The notes beneath the pieces were generated by a model. That model was not told the DNA's origin and made no database searches. It was given only the letters and a program-made list of their open reading frames with translations. Shown in pieces: positions 38,642 to 49,127 of a stretch of 64,000 nucleotides of DNA; the first letter of the stretch is position 1, and each line of letters opens with the position of its first letter. A program made the position numbers and the translations under genes. Source of the stretch: Verrucomicrobiota bacterium (GTDB taxonomy: Bacteria; Verrucomicrobiota; Lentisphaeria; Lentisphaerales; Lentisphaeraceae); contig JBDKFG010000024.1 in the NCBI GenBank assembly GCA_039798785.1, positions 1 to 64,000 on the forward strand, read 5' to 3'.

Positions 38642-39460
38642 ATGGAAATCCAATGCGATAAATGCGGCAACCAGAATCCGCTCGGCGCCCTCTTCTGCCG
38701 GACCTGCGGCGCCAAGCTCGACATGGAGAAGCTCCGCCCCCAAGGCGGCTCCGGCAGCGGCGGCATCAAAAAGCCACTCATCCACCCCTATGCCATCCGC
38801 CGCCTCATCAGCCTTGTCCTCTTCCTTTTCCTCCTCGGGCTGTGCGGACTCTTCCTCCTCCGCCCAGGCGACTTCGTCGAAGTGGCCGCCATCCCCCCCG
38901 GCAAGGACTACAAGAACACCCTGAACCGCCTCAATATCGAGCTGGCAACGATCGCCAAGGATCCGACCATGGTGGCCGAGCTCGCCAACGTCCGCATCGT
39001 CAAGCTGAAAGTCAGCGACATCGCCGCGATGATCAGCAAGGAGCTCCAGGACGCCGCCACCAAAGACGGCGGACTCGACACCATCACTGGCCGCGTCGTC
39101 CCTCATCAGGTCTCTCTCAAGGTGATCAGCAGCAGCCGCGTCCGCATCAACGTCCAATCCCGGCTCAACGTCGCCGGGCTGAAGCTGTCGCTCTACTCCG
39201 GCGCCGACATCCTGATCTCCAGCGACAGCGATCCCGTCACCGCCTCGATGAGCGACTTCACCCACGGCAAGCTGCCGGCCTTCGGCCCGATCTCCGGCCC
39301 GGTCCAGGAGCGCATCGCTGCCATCCTCGCCACCGACGACCACCCCCAGGAATGGCTGAAGCAGATCAAATCGATTGAACTCGACGGTGAAAATGATGAG
39401 CTGACCCTCAAATTCGTCCCGGTCAAAAACACCCTTCCTGCCGCGCCGGCGAAGAAATAA
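38642..39460 (+). CDS. Zinc-ribbon membrane protein
   Basis: CDKCG..FCRTCG plus a TM helix. Confidence 0.75.
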   Translation: MEIQCDKCGNQNPLGALFCRTCGAKLDMEKLRPQGGSGSGGIKKPLIHPYAIRRLISLVLFLFLLGLCGLFLLRPGDFVEVAAIPPGKDYKNTLNRLNIELATIAKDPTMVAELANVRIVKLKVSDIAAMISKELQDAATKDGGLDTITGRVVPHQVSLKVISSSRVRINVQSRLNVAGLKLSLYSGADILISSDSDPVTASMSDFTHGKLPAFGPISGPVQERIAAILATDDHPQEWLKQIKSIELDGENDELTLKFVPVKNTLPAAPAKK

Positions 39461-39481
39461 AGCGGCGGCGAACGAAAGCCT

Positions 39482-39512
39482 GAAATCCCCGGGAAGAACT
39501 CCCGGGGATTTC
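39482..39512. terminator. Hairpin terminator between convergent genes
   Basis: gaaatccccggg-aagaact-cccggggatttc. Confidence 0.75.
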
Positions 39513-39552
39513 TGTTTCTCGGAGCGACCTGGATGTCGCCGGTGACTATCGT

Positions 39553-40770
39553 TCAGCCGGAGATCCGCTCGCCGCAGGCCCACAGGCCGAAGATCAGGAT
39601 CAGGCCCGCCAGCGGCAGGGCGCAACGCTTGAAGAACCAGGCTTGGTCCCGAAACTTGACAAAGAGCAGGGTGGCCGGCAGGGCGAGAAAGAGATGGCCG
39701 ATCTCGACGCCGCCGTTGAACCCCAGGATGATCGCCGGGAACTCGCCTGCTTCGAGACCGCGGGAAGCGAGATCACCGGCAAACGCAAGGCCGTGGATCA
39801 GGCCGAAGCCAAAGGCCGTGCCGACCCGGGCGCGGCGGCTTTCCACGCGCAAGAGAATCTCAAGGCCGACCACCACCAAGGTCAGCGCCACCAACACCTC
39901 CACCAGCTTGCCCGGGAAAGCCACCACCCCGTAGAGACAAAGGGTGAAGGAAATCGAGTGAGCCAAAGTGAACGCCGTGACGTTGATCAGCATCTGCCGC
40001 CAGAAAGGAGCCAGCAAGCAGATACCCAGGATGAAGGCCATGTGGTCGAGTCCCTTCGGCAAAGCCCCGTCACCCCATCTCCAGATATGTTCGATGCCAT
40101 AAGTGACAAAGCCTGCGCAGGTACGCCAGAACCCGGAAGGGACGGCGGTCGCCGGAGGCGCAGCCGGGCTCGACTCCTGGGGCTCGACGGCCGGCGCCAA
40201 CCCCGGCGTCCCAGGAAAATCCAGCGCCGGCGAGACGCTCCCGGCATAGACCGGCAGCGACACCTGCGCCCCGTTCTCCTGAAAATGAATGATCCAATCG
40301 CCGAGGCACTCCGGCAGCTGGACCTGTACCGACGGGGCCGGACCGGAAGGAAGCGTCAGACGGACCGCGACGCGGAGCATGTAGGGCATGCCGCGGGAAT
40401 CGAGGTTGTACAGGCGGTCGAGATCTTCGAGGTCTGGAAACTGGAAGCTCAGCAAAGCCAAAGGCCGCCCCTGGGCATCGACGAAGCGGATTTCCCGGCG
40501 CAGCCGCTCAGCTGCCGAACTCCAGTCAGCCTCCATCGCCGCCCTCTGGTTCAGACCGCGCTCGATCCATGCATAGGTCTCGGCATCATCGCAGTCCGCC
40601 GGCTTTTTGCCAAGCACGTAAGGAACGACGTCAAAAAGAAGGACGAATTCGCATTCTCCCGCAACACCATCCTTGGCAGGAGCGAGGGTGCCGGACCCCG
40701 GCTGTACCGGATGAGCGCCTAGCTGCATGACGAAAGCCAGCACAATCAAGAGAATCGAGAGGAAGCGCAT
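39553..40770 (-). CDS. HupE/UreJ-family membrane protein
   Basis: GIEHI..GLDHMAF, TAFTLAHSI, FGLIHGLAFA, FNGGVEIG. Confidence 0.88.
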   Translation of the reverse strand: MRFLSILLIVLAFVMQLGAHPVQPGSGTLAPAKDGVAGECEFVLLFDVVPYVLGKKPADCDDAETYAWIERGLNQRAAMEADWSSAAERLRREIRFVDAQGRPLALLSFQFPDLEDLDRLYNLDSRGMPYMLRVAVRLTLPSGPAPSVQVQLPECLGDWIIHFQENGAQVSLPVYAGSVSPALDFPGTPGLAPAVEPQESSPAAPPATAVPSGFWRTCAGFVTYGIEHIWRWGDGALPKGLDHMAFILGICLLAPFWRQMLINVTAFTLAHSISFTLCLYGVVAFPGKLVEVLVALTLVVVGLEILLRVESRRARVGTAFGFGLIHGLAFAGDLASRGLEAGEFPAIILGFNGGVEIGHLFLALPATLLFVKFRDQAWFFKRCALPLAGLILIFGLWACGERISG

Positions 40771-40827
40771 GGACACCTCGGAATCGGTTTAACTCCCCGC
40801 AGTATAGCTCAGCCCGCAGGTATATCC

Positions 40828-41766
40828 TCAGCGAAAGCCGCCGCCATAGCCGGGTGAAGCGCCGCCGGGCGATGAACGCGGCAGGGAGGGCTGATAAGGG
40901 GATGCATGACGATTCCCCCCGGGGATCGAGGGCTGGTAGGGATTCCTCCCGGGGATCGAGGGCTGGTAGGGATTCCCCCCGGGGATCGAGGGCTGGTAGG
41001 GATTCCCCCCGGGGATCGAGGGCTGGTAGGGATTCCCCCCGGGGATCGAGGGCTGGTAGGGATTCGCCGGAATCATCTGCTGTTGTGAACCGCCGGAATT
41101 CGAACTCGGTCTGGAAGAATACGACGGGATTGCAGATGATTGCGAGCCGGAGGATCCGGCAAGCAGAGCCACCTTGATCACCATGAAGATGATGACAACG
41201 ATGGCGAAGACGGTGAACTTGCCGGATGTCTCGCTGCTCATGCGACCAAACGAGGTCTTCTGATGCCGGGAGACCGCGGCGGAGGCTGCGGCGGCGAGAC
41301 GCTGCTGCCGGCTTTTCGCATCAAGCGGCGGCTCGAGGTTGAGATGAGTGATCCCTTCAAGTCGTTCCAGCCAGGCGGATCCCTGGCCGGCGAGGGAGGG
41401 GAAGTCCTTCCGGAGCAAGGCGATCTTTTCGCGCAGGACGACAGCATTTTCCGGCTCGGCGGCAGCGTCGCAGAGATAGCGGCGGCAGGGCGTGGCCGTC
41501 GGAGTCGGCAGACAACTGATGAAGAGATGGTGCAGCATCTTGTCTTCCTTGACCTGTCCAAGAGGCGCCTTGGCCAGCTCTTGCAGCAAGGAGGCATAGG
41601 GGCCCTCCGCGCTGCTCAGGGCCTCGGGCATGGCTGCCGGATCATGCAGGTTCTCCTCGGTCCGGCCGATGTCGCGCAAGCGCGCCTTGAAGGGGCGGCG
41701 CGCTGCGGCCGCGGGCCAGGCGGCACGAGGGTTGCGGCGGGCGGCGAGGGTCTCGAGATCGTTCAT
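40828..41766 (-). CDS. Membrane protein with C-terminal NPYQPSIPGG repeats
   Basis: One TM helix followed by a Ser/Pro/Gly-rich tail; translationally coupled to the J-protein gene. Confidence 0.7.
   Translation of the reverse strand: MNDLETLAARRNPRAAWPAAAARRPFKARLRDIGRTEENLHDPAAMPEALSSAEGPYASLLQELAKAPLGQVKEDKMLHHLFISCLPTPTATPCRRYLCDAAAEPENAVVLREKIALLRKDFPSLAGQGSAWLERLEGITHLNLEPPLDAKSRQQRLAAAASAAVSRHQKTSFGRMSSETSGKFTVFAIVVIIFMVIKVALLAGSSGSQSSAIPSYSSRPSSNSGGSQQQMIPANPYQPSIPGGNPYQPSIPGGNPYQPSIPGGNPYQPSIPGRNPYQPSIPGGNRHASPYQPSLPRSSPGGASPGYGGGFR
40911..41065. repeat. 30-bp tandem repeat x5 (coding)
   Basis: gattccccccggggatcgagggctggtagg x5, one substitution at 40947. Confidence 0.97.
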
Positions 41767-43007
41767 CAGGAAGGCTCCTGGGCTTCAGCTTCGACTTCGT
41801 GAACATTGCTGAGAGACAGAGCTGCGAGGCGGAGGTCGCTGTCTTCGTAGAGCCGGACCAGGCCGGCCCGGCGTTTCGGGCCTCCGTCAGGCAGGCGGCG
41901 GATGGCATCTTCCAGACAAAGACCGCGATCCACCACCAGGGAGAGGAGATCCTGGCGCAGCCGGGCGTGATCCCCGAAACCGAGATCGAAGATGCGGCAG
42001 CATTCTCCTTGCAGCCAGTCGGGGTTGGGGACGATCGCCAGGACGTTTCCGGGACGGAGGCGGTTGCAGAAGCTGAAGAGCTCGGGAAGGAAGCGGAAGA
42101 GGACTTCGCCCTCCTTGTCATGGATCAGCTCCTGGCCGCTGCGAAGATGCTGCCGCCAGGAATCGATCAGGCCCGCGGCGTGATCGATGAGCTCGCCCTG
42201 GCGGCGGCGGGCATCGAGATCGAGCGCCTTCAACAGAAAATCGGCGACGACGACGCCGGCCTCGGCGCGGCCGAGGAGGAAGCGGCGGGCCCGGCGGTGG
42301 GCGTCGAGGTAGTCAAACGGGTCGCTTCCCGGCGGCAACAGGGCGCGAGAGGCGGCGCAAAGCCGCTGGACGCGATCTTTCGGCAGCTCCTCGCCGGCGG
42401 CGAGGAAATAGCGCATCAGGACTCCGGTTTCGTGCAGAGCCTCGTCGCCGCTGCGCCGGAAAAGCAGAGGCTCCAGCTTGTCCAGGCAAAGCCGGTAGCC
42501 GAGCGTTTCGGCGCAATCGAGCCAGGCGCTGCCGAAGATCTGGAAGTAAGAGGGGTGTCGGTTCAGTCCGGCGAGCAGCAGCAGATAGGCCTCGGCGGCT
42601 TCCGGAGGAGCCTCCTCCTCCAGTGCGGCGGCGACCAGACCGACGTAGCCTTCATCGCCGCCGTGCTCGGCCATGCCCTCGCACAGAGTCTCGAGATAGG
42701 CGAGCGGCGAGGCGCCGGCGGCGGCCTCGCGCTCCTGGGCGAGCGCCAGCCAGGCGGCCGGCCCGCGCCCCGCGGGGACGGCGAAGCCGCTTTCCGGCGG
42801 CACCTGGTTGGCGGCCTCCTTGAAACTGCGCTCCACGGCTTCGTAAGCCTGTCGGATGATTTGGAATTCCCGGGGATTGCGGTCCGGCCGCCACTGCCGG
42901 ATCAGGATGGCGTAACGACGGCGAAACTCCTCCCGCCCTTCTCCAGGCCCGAGTCCGAAAAAGGCGCGCGGATCCTGGCACGCCAGCGACCAGTCGGGCT
43001 CGTCCAT
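41766..43007 (-). CDS. DjlB/DjlC-like J-domain protein
   Basis: PRAFFGL..RRRYAILIRQWRPDRNPREFQIIRQAYE; start overlaps the Hsp70 stop. Confidence 0.75.
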   Translation of the reverse strand: MDEPDWSLACQDPRAFFGLGPGEGREEFRRRYAILIRQWRPDRNPREFQIIRQAYEAVERSFKEAANQVPPESGFAVPAGRGPAAWLALAQEREAAAGASPLAYLETLCEGMAEHGGDEGYVGLVAAALEEEAPPEAAEAYLLLLAGLNRHPSYFQIFGSAWLDCAETLGYRLCLDKLEPLLFRRSGDEALHETGVLMRYFLAAGEELPKDRVQRLCAASRALLPPGSDPFDYLDAHRRARRFLLGRAEAGVVVADFLLKALDLDARRRQGELIDHAAGLIDSWRQHLRSGQELIHDKEGEVLFRFLPELFSFCNRLRPGNVLAIVPNPDWLQGECCRIFDLGFGDHARLRQDLLSLVVDRGLCLEDAIRRLPDGGPKRRAGLVRLYEDSDLRLAALSLSNVHEVEAEAQEPS

Positions 43008-44740
43008 CACTCGTTCCTGCCGGGATAGGGCCTGCCGAGGCTGACGAGCAGATCGAGCAGCTGGCGCCGGCATTGTGCGAAGAAATTGCGGTCGCCGAGA
43101 CGCATCGCCGCCTCGAACTGGGTCAGGAGCTCGTCGGTGGCTTCGCGGACGTCGAGCGGCAGTTCCTTGATGATGCGGTTGCCGTAGTGCAGGAGATGGA
43201 GGTTGTCGAGCTCGTCGCGCGGGAAGAAGCGCAGGGCGGCGAGCCGCTCCTTGGCTTTCATCAAGGTTTCGGGATCGGCCTGGCGGTTCTGGCTGGAGAT
43301 CACGGTAGAGGCCTTGCGCTTCAATGAGGGGATCAGCGCCTCGACCTCGAGCATGCCGTCGACGTCGTAGGTGAAACGGATCAGAATCTCGGTGCCGGCC
43401 GGCATCGGCGGCAGACCGCTGACCTTGAGCTCGCCCAGGAGAGTGTTGTCCTCGACACGCCGACCCTCGCCCTGGAAGACCTTGATCTTGACCTCGGTCT
43501 GGCCGGAATTGATGGTGCTCACCGACTCTTCGCGCGAGCAAGGGACGGTGCTGTTGCGGGGGATCAGAGGCAGGTAATAGCCGCCTTCCATCTGCAAGGG
43601 GCCGTATCGCCGGGCGGTCTCGATGCCGAGCGAGTGAGGGCAGACGTCGGTGGCGATGAGGTCTTCGACGGCACGGTCCTCGGCGATCAGAGCCGCCTGG
43701 ACCGCGGCGCCGAGAGCGACGACATGGTCCGGGTTGAAACGGCTGAGCGCTTCGCGTCCGAAGTAGTCGCGGACCCATTCCTGCACCAGGGGCATGCGGG
43801 TGGCGCCGCCGACCAGGATGATCTCCCCGAGGGCGGCACGATCCAGCTCGGCGTCGCGCAAGGCGCGGGTGCAGGGGACGGCAAGGCGCTGCAGCAGGGG
43901 CGCGGCGAGGCGGGCAAACTCGGTGCGGCTGAGGCTGAGGCCTTCATCGCCGAGACTGCCGTCGTCGGCGGGCCAGCGCAGGAAGGCGGTGTCGCAGCCG
44001 CTCAGGGCCCGCTTCGCCTGCTCCGCTTCATGCAGCAGCCGCGCCCAGAGCAGCGGCGCGCTGCGGCTCAGCCCCTGCTCGACGCCACGGCATTTCAGGG
44101 CCCACTCCGCGATCGCCTGGGTGAAATCCTCGCCCCCGAGGAAATTCTCGCCGGCGGTGGTGAGGATCTGCAGGACCCCTTCGAAGAGCTCCATCACGGT
44201 GACGTCGAAAGTGCCGCCGCCGAGATCGAAGACGAGAAAGCTCTTGCCCGGCCCCCGGCGGTCATGGAATCCGTAGGCGAGCGCCGCCGCCGTCGGCTCG
44301 TTGATGATCCGCAGCACCTTGAGTCCGGCTAGCTCACCGGCGGCGCGCGTCGCCCGCCGCTGCGGTTCGTTGAAATAGGCGGGCACGGTGATGACGGCGC
44401 CGTCGACGGCGCGCCCCAGCGCCCTTTCGGCGTCCTCCTTCAAGGATTTCAAGACCAGGCTGGAAAGCTCGATGGCGCTGAAATCGCGCCCGCCCAGGGA
44501 GACGCTTCGGTCAGACCCCATCAGTCGCTTGAAAGAAGCGGCGCAGCGCTCCGGCCGGCGCACCGCCAGCTCCCGGGCCGCAGCACCCAGGACGATCCGG
44601 CCATCCTCGAGCAGCCCGACCACCGAAGGCGTCAGCAGCTCCCCGTGGGCGTTCGGCAGAAGACAGGGCATCCCCTGCTCGAAAACCCCGACCAGCGAGT
44701 GCGTCGTCCCCAAGTCAATGCCGATAATCGTCCCTTTCAT
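43007..44740 (-). CDS. hscC: HscC-type Hsp70 chaperone
   Basis: IGIDLGTT, TVPAYFN, INEPTAAALAYG, DLGGGTFD, LVGGATRMP, RFTYDVDGMLEVE. Confidence 0.88.
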   Translation of the reverse strand: MKGTIIGIDLGTTHSLVGVFEQGMPCLLPNAHGELLTPSVVGLLEDGRIVLGAAARELAVRRPERCAASFKRLMGSDRSVSLGGRDFSAIELSSLVLKSLKEDAERALGRAVDGAVITVPAYFNEPQRRATRAAGELAGLKVLRIINEPTAAALAYGFHDRRGPGKSFLVFDLGGGTFDVTVMELFEGVLQILTTAGENFLGGEDFTQAIAEWALKCRGVEQGLSRSAPLLWARLLHEAEQAKRALSGCDTAFLRWPADDGSLGDEGLSLSRTEFARLAAPLLQRLAVPCTRALRDAELDRAALGEIILVGGATRMPLVQEWVRDYFGREALSRFNPDHVVALGAAVQAALIAEDRAVEDLIATDVCPHSLGIETARRYGPLQMEGGYYLPLIPRNSTVPCSREESVSTINSGQTEVKIKVFQGEGRRVEDNTLLGELKVSGLPPMPAGTEILIRFTYDVDGMLEVEALIPSLKRKASTVISSQNRQADPETLMKAKERLAALRFFPRDELDNLHLLHYGNRIIKELPLDVREATDELLTQFEAAMRLGDRNFFAQCRRQLLDLLVSLGRPYPGRNE

Positions 44741-44912
44741 CTCTCCCTCCTGCAAATTCATTGTCCTTGCATGTTGACTGACTGAACCTTTCCTCGCCCA
44801 TTCGGCAAGGGGGCAACTAAACTTTCCCCCCAGATACCCCGGCGCTCCAGCCTTGCAGGCCTCCCGCAGCGTGATATCCTTGCCCGCCCAGCCACCCCAG
44901 CCCCGAGCCCCC

Positions 44913-45926
44913 ATGCCCCTGGTATCAGTCGTCCTGCCCTTCTACCGCCCCGGCGCCGACAGCCTCGCCCGGGCCGCCGGAAGCATCCTCGGGCAGAGCT
45001 GGGACGAACTCGAACTGATCCTGGTCAACGACGGAGCCGATGCTGAGTCCGCCGCCGCCGGACGCCGGATCGCCGCCGCAGATCACCGCGTCGTCCTCGT
45101 CGAACAGGAGAACCGCGGCGTCTGCGCCGCCCATGCCGCCGGCGTCGAGCTCTGCCGCGGCGACTTCGTCGCCCGAATGGATGCCGACGACGAGGCCCTG
45201 CCGCTGCGCCTGGCCAAGCAGGTGGCGCTACTCCGGGACGATCCCTCGCTTCATTTCTGCGGCACCCAGGTCCGCTTCGGCGGCGATCCGGAAGCCTCGC
45301 GCGGCTTCGCCGAATACATCCGCTGGAGCAACTCCCTGGTGAGCGCCGACGAGATCACGCGGCACCGCTTCGTCGAAGCGCCCCTGGTCAACCCGTCCTT
45401 GATGTGGCGGCGCTCAGCCCTGGCGGCGTTCGGCAGCTACCGCCACGGCGCCTTCCCGGAGGACTACGAGCTCTGGCTGCGCGCGCTCGGCAACGGCGCC
45501 CGCGCCGCCAAGGTGCCTGAGGAGCTGCTGATCTGGAACGACCCGCCGGGGCGGCTCACCCGTTGCGACAAGCGCTATTCCAGCCAGGCCTTCTACGAAG
45601 TCAAGGCCGAATGGCTGGCGCGCGAGCTGCTGGGCCGGGGCTGCCGGGAAGTCGCGATCTGGGGCGGCGGCGTGATGACGAGAAGGCGCGCCCGCCTCCT
45701 GCAGCGGCACGGCATCCGCATCCGCGCCTGGTTCGACATCAACCCCAGGACCATCGGGCGCAGCTACGACGGCGCTCCCGTGCTCCCGCGCGAAGACGTC
45801 GACCCCTTCCGCGGCGAAGTGCCGGTGCTCGGCTATGTCGGCAACCGCGGCGCCCGGGAAGACAGCGCCGCCTACCTCGGCAGCCGCGGCTTCCGCCCCT
45901 GGCTCGACTTCATCCTCTGCGCCTGA
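44913..45926 (+). CDS. Glycosyltransferase family 2
   Basis: VSVVLP, LVNDG, ARMDADD, EDYELWLR. Confidence 0.9.
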   Translation: MPLVSVVLPFYRPGADSLARAAGSILGQSWDELELILVNDGADAESAAAGRRIAAADHRVVLVEQENRGVCAAHAAGVELCRGDFVARMDADDEALPLRLAKQVALLRDDPSLHFCGTQVRFGGDPEASRGFAEYIRWSNSLVSADEITRHRFVEAPLVNPSLMWRRSALAAFGSYRHGAFPEDYELWLRALGNGARAAKVPEELLIWNDPPGRLTRCDKRYSSQAFYEVKAEWLARELLGRGCREVAIWGGGVMTRRRARLLQRHGIRIRAWFDINPRTIGRSYDGAPVLPREDVDPFRGEVPVLGYVGNRGAREDSAAYLGSRGFRPWLDFILCA

Positions 45927-46043
45927 AGCAAGAACTTCGCGGAAAGGGCTTGACGGCGGCGGAAGTGGCGGCACTTTAGGCGGCCCGCACGGCCTCGGCC
46001 CGGCGGTCGTCATCCCCAATCAGAACGTAATCAAGGCATCCAC

Positions 46044-46319
46044 ATGGCCCACACCAACTCGGCAAAGCGCCACGTCCGTTCGGACGAGAAGCGCCGTGCC
46101 CGCAACCGCTCCCGCAAGAGCGCCTGCGGCACCCAAGAGAAGAAGTTCCTCAAGCTCATCGCCGAAGGCAAGCTTGACGAAGCCAAAACCCAGCTCCAAG
46201 TCGTTTTCTCCCAGTTCGACAAGAACGCCAAGAAGGGCGTCTTCAAGACTGAGAAGGCCGATCGCAAGAAGTCCCGCCTCTCCCTGCAGCTCAACAAAGC
46301 TGTCGCTGCGAAGGCCTGA
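46044..46319 (+). CDS. rpsT: 30S ribosomal protein S20
   Basis: MAHTNSAKR..RNRSRKS..KGVF..ADRKKSRL. Confidence 0.95.
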   Translation: MAHTNSAKRHVRSDEKRRARNRSRKSACGTQEKKFLKLIAEGKLDEAKTQLQVVFSQFDKNAKKGVFKTEKADRKKSRLSLQLNKAVAAKA

Positions 46320-46411
46320 TTCCCGGAACTGCACACCCCAACCCCCCGCTGCTTGCGCTCACCGTAGCGATTCAAAGCATCGAAAAAAAGACAACCCCAC
46401 AAGGCACCACG

Positions 46412-47326
46412 ATGGGAATCACCATCCACGACCTGCTTGAAGCCGGCGTACACTTCGGTCACCAGACCCGCCGCTGGAACCCCAAGATGAAAACCTACAT
46501 CTTCGGCAACCGCAACGGCATCCACATCTTCGACCTGGGCAAGACCATGGTCGGCCTCAACAACGCCTGCAAATTCCTCTACGAGAAAGTCGCCAAGGGC
46601 GGCGACGTCCTCTGGGTCGGCACCAAGCGCCAGGCTCAAGAGCTCGTCAAGGACGCCGCCGAGCGCTCCGGCCAGCATGCCATCACTCAGCGCTGGATGG
46701 GCGGCACGCTCACCAACATTGAAACCATCCGCAAGAGCGTCGCCAAGCTCAACAAGTTCCGCAAGTGGGAAGAAGACGGCACCCTCGCCGCGATGAAGAA
46801 GAAAGAAGCCGGCCGCATCCGCCGTGAAGCGGTCAAGCTCGAGTCTTCGATCTCCGGCATCATGGGCATGAGCCGCATCCCCTCCTGCATCGTCGTCATC
46901 GACACCGTCAAGGAGCACCTCGCGATCAAGGAAGCCAACGCCCTTGGCATCCCGGTCGTCGCCATCCTCGACACCAACTCCGACCCCGACCTGGTCCAGT
47001 ACGGCATCCCCGGCAACGACGACGCCGTCCGCTCGCTCCAAGTCCTCATCGGCCAGCTGTCCGAAGCCTGCTACATGGGCAAGGGCATCTCCGACAAGCA
47101 CAACGAAGAGCGCAAAGCCAGCCGCGCCAAGGACGAAGGCGAGCGCAAGGCCCGCGCCGACAAGGGCGAGCAGGCTCCCCGCGGCGAACGCCGTGAACGC
47201 GCCCCCCAGGGCGAGCGCGCCCCCCGCGCCCCCGGTGACCGCGCTCCCCGCAGCCCCGCCCCCCAGGGCGATCGCGCCCCCCGCGCCCCCCGCGCAGCCA
47301 AGACCGGCGAAGCCAAAGCCGAGTAA
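46412..47326 (+). CDS. rpsB: 30S ribosomal protein S2
   Basis: LLEAGVHFGHQTRRWNPKM, RWMGGTLTN, PGNDDA. Confidence 0.98.
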   Translation: MGITIHDLLEAGVHFGHQTRRWNPKMKTYIFGNRNGIHIFDLGKTMVGLNNACKFLYEKVAKGGDVLWVGTKRQAQELVKDAAERSGQHAITQRWMGGTLTNIETIRKSVAKLNKFRKWEEDGTLAAMKKKEAGRIRREAVKLESSISGIMGMSRIPSCIVVIDTVKEHLAIKEANALGIPVVAILDTNSDPDLVQYGIPGNDDAVRSLQVLIGQLSEACYMGKGISDKHNEERKASRAKDEGERKARADKGEQAPRGERRERAPQGERAPRAPGDRAPRSPAPQGDRAPRAPRAAKTGEAKAE

Positions 47327-47433
47327 TCCTCGACTTACAGCCCGCTGATCCGCGCCACGAGGTGCTGCCCCGGCAGCACCTCGTTTTCAAGCGCCGGAGC
47401 CCCTTTCCCAAGAACACCCAAGGAACCACCCCC

Positions 47434-48234
47434 ATGTCCTACACCCCCACCTCCGCCGACATCGCCAAGCTCCGCGAAATGACCAACTGCGGCCTCCTCG
47501 ACTGCAAAAAAGCCCTGGTCGAAAAGGGCGGCAACTTCGATGACGCCGCCGACCACCTCCGCAAGCAGGGCCTCGCCAAGGCCGCCAAAAAAGCCGACCG
47601 CGAAGCCAAGGAAGGCATGATCGCCCTCTCCACCGACGGCAAGTCCGGCAGCCTCGTCCAGCTCTCCTGCGAGACCGACTTCGTCGCCAACAACGAACGC
47701 TTCCAGGGCGTCCTCAAGTCCTTCGCCGCCGAAGTCGCCGCCCTCAAGGCCAACGGCGACGTCACCGAATCCTTCGGCGCCAGCAAGAACGACGAGCTCG
47801 TCTCTCTCATCCACACCATCGGCGAAAACATGAAAGTCGTCGTCGCCGCCAAGTGGGAAGCCGCCGCCGGCTGCACCATCGGCTCCTACCTCCACGGCAA
47901 CAGCAAGGTCGGCGTCATCGTCGAAGTCGAAGGCGAGATCGCCCCCGAGACCCTCAAGGCCCTCGGCATGCACATCGCCGCCTACAAGCCCAGCTACCTC
48001 TGCCCCGCCTGCATCCCCGAAGCCGACACCGCCCGTGAAAAGGAAGTCCAGGCCGAGAAGACCAAGGGCAAGCCCGAAGCCATGGCCGCCAAGATCCTCG
48101 AAGGCGCCCTCAACAAGTGGCACTCCGACGTCTGCCTGGTCAAACAGGCCTGGATCCACGACGACAAGGTCACTGTCGAGAAAGCCCTCGGCAAAGCCAA
48201 GATCACCCGCTTCCTCCTCGCCAAGGTCGGCTGA
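47434..48234 (+). CDS. tsf: Elongation factor Ts
   Basis: KLREMTNCGLLDCKKAL, CETDFVA, MHIAA. Confidence 0.97.
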   Translation: MSYTPTSADIAKLREMTNCGLLDCKKALVEKGGNFDDAADHLRKQGLAKAAKKADREAKEGMIALSTDGKSGSLVQLSCETDFVANNERFQGVLKSFAAEVAALKANGDVTESFGASKNDELVSLIHTIGENMKVVVAAKWEAAAGCTIGSYLHGNSKVGVIVEVEGEIAPETLKALGMHIAAYKPSYLCPACIPEADTAREKEVQAEKTKGKPEAMAAKILEGALNKWHSDVCLVKQAWIHDDKVTVEKALGKAKITRFLLAKVG

Positions 48235-48240
48235 TCCCCT

Positions 48241-48270
48241 CGCCCCCGGAGCCGCAAGGATCCGGGGGCG
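48241..48270 (+). terminator. GC-rich hairpin after tsf
   Basis: cgcccccgga..tccgggggcg. Confidence 0.5.
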
Positions 48271-48316
48271 AAAATCAGAGCTCAAAATCCCAAGTATAAA
48301 ATCCAAAATTTGAGCC

Positions 48317-49123
<807 letters not shown>

Positions 49124-49127
49124 CTCC

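Noticed and set aside
40911..41065. 30-bp repeats as a CRISPR array
   Set aside because: The units are directly adjacent with no spacers, are in frame within a CDS, and no cas genes are present.
41766..43778. 670-aa ORF as a single protein
   Set aside because: The upstream part overlaps hscC out of frame; the real J-protein begins at about 43007.
46320..46411. rpsB autoregulatory leader RNA
   Set aside because: Plausible by position, but I could not match the conserved structure with confidence.
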